A stretch of 62,630 bases of DNA, the filler included, from a bacterium (lineage in GTDB: Bacteria > UBP18 > UBA7526): NCBI GenBank assembly GCA_030615855.1. It is 3 parts of 3 records of this genome, joined end to end, with 100 filler letters (N's around TTAATTAATTAA, not from the genome) between each part and the next. Parts side by side here need not be neighbours in the genome. Positions count along the whole stretch, not along the records: positions 55,720 to 62,630 come from JAUWYL010000037.1; 2 more parts are not named here. The stretch is one strand, 5' to 3'. The notes beneath the pieces were generated by a model. It ran no database searches and had not been told where the DNA came from. It worked only from the letters and a program-made list of their open reading frames with translations. Made by a program: the position numbers and the translations under genes. Every line of letters begins with the position of its first letter. Within the stretch, counting starts at the first letter, position 1. Below are positions 57,239 through 62,630 of the stretch, piece after piece.

Positions 57239-59196
57239 TTTCTGATCCTCGCCTCCAGCCTCTTCTCCAGCCCCAGAGAGATCCTCTGGTGGAGCTTCTT
57301 AATCTCCTCATCCTTAAGCGTCCTATTCTTTGCACGATAGGAGATGGAGTAGGCCAATCCCTTATGGCCGGAGGGAATCTGAGTTCCCCGGTAAAGATCG
57401 AAGAATTCGACCTTCTCCACCAGTTCGCCCCCCAGGGAATAGATGGTCTGGACAATCTCTTCAGAAGTAATCTTCTCCGGAAGAGATAGGGCGATGTCTC
57501 GGACAATGGCCGGATACTTGGGAAGTTTTCGGAATCTCTTCTCTCTTCTCATTAAAAGAAATTCTTCCAGGTCAAGTTCAAAAACAAAGGCCCTCCTCTC
57601 TATTCCAAAACAGGAGAGGACCTTGAGGTTCATCTCTCCCAAAAGGCCTACCTTTCTATGAGCGATTAAAACCTCTCCTCCCCTTCCGGAAAGAAGAAAG
57701 GGTAAGGAAGCAGAATCGAACCTGGGAGATGCAATGGTCAGTTCTTCGCAGAGGGCCTCCAGGATTCCCTTCAGGTCATAAATATCGCCTTCTCCAGAGA
57801 GAAGCGCTCCCAGGGCCATCTGCTCTTTTCCAGGAGCGAAGACGCGGCCCAGTTCAAAGACCTTTACTATGGAGTTCCCCTGATTGAGGTTATGGATAAG
57901 ATTTTTAAGTAGCCCAGGAATGAGGCTGGGTCGCATGACATTCTGCCTCTCAGTCAAGGGGTTAGTTAGCTTGATGATTTCACCCATCCTCTTCCCCTCA
58001 TCAAGGGAGATGAAGCCATAGTTAATCACTTCTCTCAGACCACAGGCGACTAAGATCTCTCTAATCCTGGGGACTAAGGTCTCGAGAAGTTCTTGGGGAT
58101 GGGAAGCTATCTCCCCTTCAGGTAAGAGAGAAGGAATCTTGTGGTAGCCGTATATTCTGGCAATTTCCTCAATTAAATCGATCTCTCTGGTAATCTCCCT
58201 TCTATAGGAAGGAACTTCAACTAATTTTCCCTTCACTTTAAACCCTAATCTCTTCAGTATTCCTTTTATCTGCTTCCATGAGAGACGGGTCCCCAATAAG
58301 GCATTGACCCTCTCTCTCCTTAAGGTTATTCTCTTCGGTTTCCTGGGTAGAAAATTTCTATCAACGAAGGCTATCTCTTCCCCACCCGCCAGTTCAAGGA
58401 TTAGATCCCGCGCCCTCCGTGAGGCGGTAAGTACTCCTTCTGGGTCGACATCCCTCTCAAATCTATAAGATGATTCGGTGAAGAGGTTTATTTTCTTTGC
58501 TCCCTTTCTCACTACTATGGGGTCAAAGTAGGCGCTTTCTAACAAGATGTTCTTCGTCTTCTTTGTAACCTGGGTATTTTCTCCTCCCATGATCCCGGCC
58601 AAAGCGATTGGCCTCTTATCATCAGCGATAATCAGGATACTCTTATCCAGTATTCTTTTTCTACCATCAAGAGTAGTTATTCTCTCCCTCTCCTTCGCTC
58701 TACGCACAACTATCTTCTTCTCTTTTATCTTATCTAAATCAAAGGCATGGAGGGGCTGACCGGTTTCAAATAATAGATAGTTGGTAATATCTACGACATT
58801 ATTGATGGGCTTTATTCCCATACTCTTCAGGCGTTCTTTTAGCCATAAAGGAGAAGGTTTAACCCTCACATTCTTAATTACTCGGCCAGTATAACGAGGG
58901 CAACCTTTCCTATCCTTTATCTCTACTTTGATAATTCCTTTTTTCTTTTTATCCTCTTCATTTATTTTGGGTAGTTTCAAGGGTCTATTGATTAGAGCCG
59001 ATACTTCTCGGGCAACACCGAGGATACTGGCACAATCCCCCCGATTGGTAGTGAGGTCAAGTTCCAGAATGGTATCATTGCCAGACTTCTGGATATGACT
59101 TACCTCCGCCCCCGCCATAGTCAACCTATGAGCCAATTCTTGGGGAGAAAGTTTAACATCAATATATTCTCTCAACCAGCTAAGCGGAACTTTCAT
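57235..59196 (-). CDS. pheT: phenylalanine--tRNA ligase beta subunit (no B2 OB domain)
   Basis: WLREY, NRGDC, NNVVDITNY, GQPLHAFD, DLIEEIARIYGY, FDX-ACB C-terminus. Confidence 0.95.
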   Translation of the reverse strand: MKVPLSWLREYIDVKLSPQELAHRLTMAGAEVSHIQKSGNDTILELDLTTNRGDCASILGVAREVSALINRPLKLPKINEEDKKKKGIIKVEIKDRKGCPRYTGRVIKNVRVKPSPLWLKERLKSMGIKPINNVVDITNYLLFETGQPLHAFDLDKIKEKKIVVRRAKERERITTLDGRKRILDKSILIIADDKRPIALAGIMGGENTQVTKKTKNILLESAYFDPIVVRKGAKKINLFTESSYRFERDVDPEGVLTASRRARDLILELAGGEEIAFVDRNFLPRKPKRITLRRERVNALLGTRLSWKQIKGILKRLGFKVKGKLVEVPSYRREITREIDLIEEIARIYGYHKIPSLLPEGEIASHPQELLETLVPRIREILVACGLREVINYGFISLDEGKRMGEIIKLTNPLTERQNVMRPSLIPGLLKNLIHNLNQGNSIVKVFELGRVFAPGKEQMALGALLSGEGDIYDLKGILEALCEELTIASPRFDSASLPFLLSGRGGEVLIAHRKVGLLGEMNLKVLSCFGIERRAFVFELDLEEFLLMRREKRFRKLPKYPAIVRDIALSLPEKITSEEIVQTIYSLGGELVEKVEFFDLYRGTQIPSGHKGLAYSISYRAKNRTLKDEEIKKLHQRISLGLEKRLEARIRK

Positions 59197-59230
59197 TTTT
59201 TCTTTCCTTAGATTGTATAAAACTAACCCG

Positions 59231-59794
59231 TTATTCTTTTTCTAAAGTAGTTTGCACAATATCAAAATCACTAACACTAATCTTGACAGAAGCAGATTTT
59301 CTTGAGGCCAAGATTTCTTCAGATTCTTTATGGGTGCCAAGTTCTCTTTTGAACGAAAAATCTACTGATTGTTTGGGTAGTATGAATCCCAATGAATGCA
59401 ACCATTTATTTTCCACATCTATGAGGTTTCCTTCCACATTGTAAAAAGACGCATTTACTTTAATCGATTTTAAAGTCTTATCTGAATTGTTTACAATTGT
59501 CCCTATAACTTTTTCTTTTGTTGGCCAAGACGAGGGGGCTTTTTTAATATTTGTAATTTCTAAAAGTTTAAGAGTATTAAGTTTCTCAAGTGCTTTCTTT
59601 TCACTCTCTTGACCCATTTGCGTAAACGGGCTTGTTATCTCAGTAGTAATTTCTCCAAACCCTCTTTTAATTTTAGGCACGGTGAAAGAGAACATCGCAA
59701 CTGTTAATAAAGGCCATACCACTAATGCAATTATAACAACAATAATTGGACTATTTAACGCTTTCCAGATATATTTTCCAACTGGTTTATTCAT
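59231..59794 (-). CDS. AT-rich membrane-anchored hypothetical (FxLYD-like Ig domain)
   Basis: AAAGGAG RBS; TM; G.I.NNS...IKVNASFYN.EG.LID. Confidence 0.7.
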   Translation of the reverse strand: MNKPVGKYIWKALNSPIIVVIIALVVWPLLTVAMFSFTVPKIKRGFGEITTEITSPFTQMGQESEKKALEKLNTLKLLEITNIKKAPSSWPTKEKVIGTIVNNSDKTLKSIKVNASFYNVEGNLIDVENKWLHSLGFILPKQSVDFSFKRELGTHKESEEILASRKSASVKISVSDFDIVQTTLEKE

Positions 59795-59881
59795 AACAAT
59801 TTCTCCTTTCGTTTTGGATTTCATTCGCGTATATTCGCGTTCGTCTATTTTTTGCTCCGTGCATTCGCGATAATTCGCGTC

Positions 59882-60886
59882 TTAGAACTGCCTCAAGAAC
59901 CTCAGATCGTTCTCAAAAAATAGTCTCATATCGCTAATATTATACTTGAGCATGGCGATTCTTTCTATTCCCACGCCGAAGGCAAAACCGGTATATTTCT
60001 CAGAGTCATAGCCTACCGCTTTAAAAACGGAAGGATCTATCATCCCGGAACCCAAAATCTCAAGCCATCCCGTTCTCTTACAGACAGAACATCCCTTTCC
60101 CTTGCAGATGAGACAGCCGATGTCCACCTCTGCACTAGGCTCGGTATAAGGGAAGAAGGAGGGACGAAATCGAATGGGGGTTTTGGGGCCGAATAATTCA
60201 TTTAAGAAGACCTCTAACACTCCTTTTAAATGAGAAAAACTAATCCCCTCATCAACCATGAATCCTTCTACCTGATGGAACATGGGTAAGTGGCTGGCAT
60301 CCACTGCCTCATACCTATATACCTTGCCCAAAGAGATGACCCTGATGGGAGGTTTCTTTTTCTCCATAACATGTATCTGTACGGGAGAGGTATGGCTTCT
60401 TAGTAGAGTATTTTTAGTGAGATAGAAGGTATCGAGCATCCCTCGTGCTGGGTGCCCGGGAGGCATATTAAGGGCCTCGAAGTTATAGTAATCGGTCTCT
60501 ATCTCCGGGCCCTGGACGATGCGAAAACCCAATCTGGAAAAGATTCCCGTGACTTCATTTAAGACTTGGGTTATGGGATGGAGTCCTCCTAAGGAGGGCC
60601 TCTTTCCTGGAAGGGTGAGGTCTAAAGGAGCTAAGATCCGCTTCTCTTTAGCCTTTGCTTTCTTCTCTTCTATCACCTGACTTAAGCTCTTCTTTATCTC
60701 ATTGGCCAGCCTTCCTAAGGAAGGCCGCATTTCCTTAGGCAGTTTTCCTATTTCCCGAATAAGGAGAGTAAGAAACCCTTTCCTTCCTAAAGACTTTACT
60801 CTCAGAGCCTCTATCTCTTCAAGGGTTTTGGCCTTCTTTAAGGCTTCTTCTGCTTCTTTTTGAATTTTTGAAAGTCTCTCTTTCAA
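59882..60886 (-). CDS. pheS: phenylalanine--tRNA ligase alpha subunit
   Basis: HPAR...DTFY, LRSHTSPVQ, FHQVEG, FPYTEPSAE, GFAFG.G.ER. Confidence 0.97.
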   Translation of the reverse strand: MKERLSKIQKEAEEALKKAKTLEEIEALRVKSLGRKGFLTLLIREIGKLPKEMRPSLGRLANEIKKSLSQVIEEKKAKAKEKRILAPLDLTLPGKRPSLGGLHPITQVLNEVTGIFSRLGFRIVQGPEIETDYYNFEALNMPPGHPARGMLDTFYLTKNTLLRSHTSPVQIHVMEKKKPPIRVISLGKVYRYEAVDASHLPMFHQVEGFMVDEGISFSHLKGVLEVFLNELFGPKTPIRFRPSFFPYTEPSAEVDIGCLICKGKGCSVCKRTGWLEILGSGMIDPSVFKAVGYDSEKYTGFAFGVGIERIAMLKYNISDMRLFFENDLRFLRQF

Positions 60887-60889
60887 TGC

Positions 60890-61594
60890 CTACTCCCTTT
60901 TGCTGGAAAGCTTTTTAAGTTTTGCCAGATGCTCATCCTTACCAATGACCACTAAGTGATCCCCCTTCTCTATCTTATCGTCTGCTTTGGGAGCAATATT
61001 GACAGTCTCCACAAAGTCTGTCTCCCCGGCCTTGGTGAGATGGGGAACCTTCTTCTTTATGGTAATGAGATTTGCTCCATATTTCGCCCGAATATCAAGG
61101 TCTCTTATCGTCTTTCCTACAAAGGCCTCTGGGGCCACAATCTCCATGATGCTATGACCGGAAGATAATTCCATCTGCTCCAGAACATTAGGGGCAACAA
61201 GGATCTGAGCCAGCCGCTCACCCATCTCCTTCTCAGGGAAGATCACCTTATCTGCCCCGATCTTCTGCAGGATCCTCCCATGGCGAGCATTGAGAGCCTT
61301 GGCCACTACCTCCTTTACCCCGATCTCCTTTAACAAGAGGGTAATTAAGATGCTCGCTTGAATATCCGCTCCAATGGCTACTATGGCAACATCCACATCC
61401 TCAATCCCCACCGCCCTCAGGGCTTTCTCATCCGTAGCATCGAGCTCTACCGCCTGGCCAACCAAATCACTCATCTCAGCCACCCGCTCCTCGTTCTCGT
61501 CAATGGCCAGCACCTCATGTCCCTGGTTAACCAGAGTTCGGGCCACGCTTGAGCCGAACCTTCCCAGACCAATTACCGCAAACTGTCTCGCCAT
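60890..61594 (-). CDS. ktrA: Ktr/Trk potassium uptake regulatory subunit
   Basis: FAVIGLGRFG, DATDE, IGADKVIFPE, RCK-C. Confidence 0.9.
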   Translation of the reverse strand: MARQFAVIGLGRFGSSVARTLVNQGHEVLAIDENEERVAEMSDLVGQAVELDATDEKALRAVGIEDVDVAIVAIGADIQASILITLLLKEIGVKEVVAKALNARHGRILQKIGADKVIFPEKEMGERLAQILVAPNVLEQMELSSGHSIMEIVAPEAFVGKTIRDLDIRAKYGANLITIKKKVPHLTKAGETDFVETVNIAPKADDKIEKGDHLVVIGKDEHLAKLKKLSSKRE

Positions 61595-61607
61595 TTCTCC
61601 CTCCTTG

Positions 61608-61691
61608 AACACGGATTAGCACAGATTGATTACGGATTCACACTGATAAATCCGTGACTATCCGTGTTAAAAATCTGTGTCTATCCGTGTC
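61608..61691. repeat. complete ACGGAT/ATCCGT inverted array
   Basis: Four left units (GAT at 61614/24/35/45) facing four right units (ATC at 61650/60/73/83). Confidence 0.88.
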
Positions 61692-62628
61692 AACCGATCA
61701 TTACTCTTTCTTCTGGATACTTATATAATGGAGCGCGCTCCCTCTGACCCATGGCCACAGCAATGGTTAAGGGACCGATTCTTCCTACAAACATGGTGAT
61801 GGTGATTATAATCCGTCCCAGATTAGAGAGAGTATCGGTTATTCCCATTGATAATCCAACCGTGCCAAAGGCACTGAAGACCTCAAAGAGCACCTTGATA
61901 AAATCCTTCTTCTCAATAATCAAGAGAAGAAAGCTTGATAGTATTACCAGACCAACCGAGAGACCAACGATGGTCAAGACCTTCCTGATGGTCACCCAGG
62001 GTATGGTTCTTCTGAAGAGACTGACCTCCCTCTTTCCCCGAAACATAGCATATAGGCTGGCCAGGAAGACAGAGAAGGTGCTGGTCTTCACCCCTCCTCC
62101 TGTGGAGCCGGGCGAAGCACCGATGAACATCAAGATCATTAATAGGAAGAGGCTTGCTCCTTTCATCTGGCCAACAGGTAAGGTATTGAAGCCCGCTGTT
62201 CGGGGAGTAATGGCCTGAAAGGCAGCCCCCAGTATCTTTCCTCCTACAGGAAGAGAGGATAGGGTATTATTCCCCTCCAAGAGGAAGATGAGGGGAATAG
62301 CTATGACAATGAGAAAGAAGCTGGTGGCTAAGACTACCTTAGTATGAAGGCTCAAGGTACCCTTCCCTTTAGGGCGATATCTCTTCAGATTGGATAGAAC
62401 AGTAAACCCCAATCCACCGAGAACGATCAAGGAAAGCATTATGATATTTATTGCGGGATCGCTTTGGTAGCCCACCAGGCTATCTTTAAAAAGGGAGAAC
62501 CCGGCATTACAGAAGCCAGAGATGGCATGAAATATAGCATAATATCCAGGATAACTAATACCCGTCCCTCTCCACTTCAGATAGAGAAAGATGGCTCCCA
62601 ATCCCTCGATGCTCAGGGTCAGAATAAT
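61690..62628 (-). CDS. ktrB: Ktr/TrkH potassium uptake membrane subunit (5'-partial)
   Basis: SGFCNAGF, GGLGF, RTAGFNT, GSTGGG.KT, SAFGTVGLS, GRIGPLT. Confidence 0.92.
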   Translation of the reverse strand: MILTLSIEGLGAIFLYLKWRGTGISYPGYYAIFHAISGFCNAGFSLFKDSLVGYQSDPAINIIMLSLIVLGGLGFTVLSNLKRYRPKGKGTLSLHTKVVLATSFFLIVIAIPLIFLLEGNNTLSSLPVGGKILGAAFQAITPRTAGFNTLPVGQMKGASLFLLMILMFIGASPGSTGGGVKTSTFSVFLASLYAMFRGKREVSLFRRTIPWVTIRKVLTIVGLSVGLVILSSFLLLIIEKKDFIKVLFEVFSAFGTVGLSMGITDTLSNLGRIIITITMFVGRIGPLTIAVAMGQRERAPLYKYPEERVMIG

Positions 62629-62630
62629 GA

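Overview
62.6 kb from an apparently uncultured bacterium (~40-45% GC by eye; LpxL/LapA-type and many lipoprotein genes suggest a diderm envelope). It is three contigs joined by artificial N-TTAATTAATTAA-N linkers (24360-24459, 55620-55719). Most genes are housekeeping: moaA-moaC-mogA, holB-ricT-mutM-metG-pcrA-gatCAB, gpmI, miaB, miaA, pgsA-plsY-gpsA-HU-MerR-tRNA-Pro, pcm, ade, ligA, and on the minus strand ktrB-ktrA-pheS-pheT-zapB-zapA-6S RNA-rarA. An accessory block at 14-24 kb encodes CsgG/FlgO-, LPP20- and FlgT-like exported proteins and a lipoprotein CHAT protease, partly bracketed by direct repeats. The main signal is that many intergenic gaps hold members of several families of short-period (7-10 nt) repeat arms. 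These often form inverted pairs, nest inside each other, supply stop codons and Shine-Dalgarno sites, and enter coding sequence in frame. One element carries a GxxExxY PD-(D/E)XK-like gene between a duplicated arm, and a matching gene-free copy lies about 1.7 kb away, which suggests a nuclease-plus-repeat mobile system. Also notable: a GatCAB with altered signature motifs, a DPY19-like GT-C enzyme, a DnaA-box cluster, an orphan structured RNA candidate and a MiaB lacking TRAM. All assignments are by-eye motif recognition; no searches were run.
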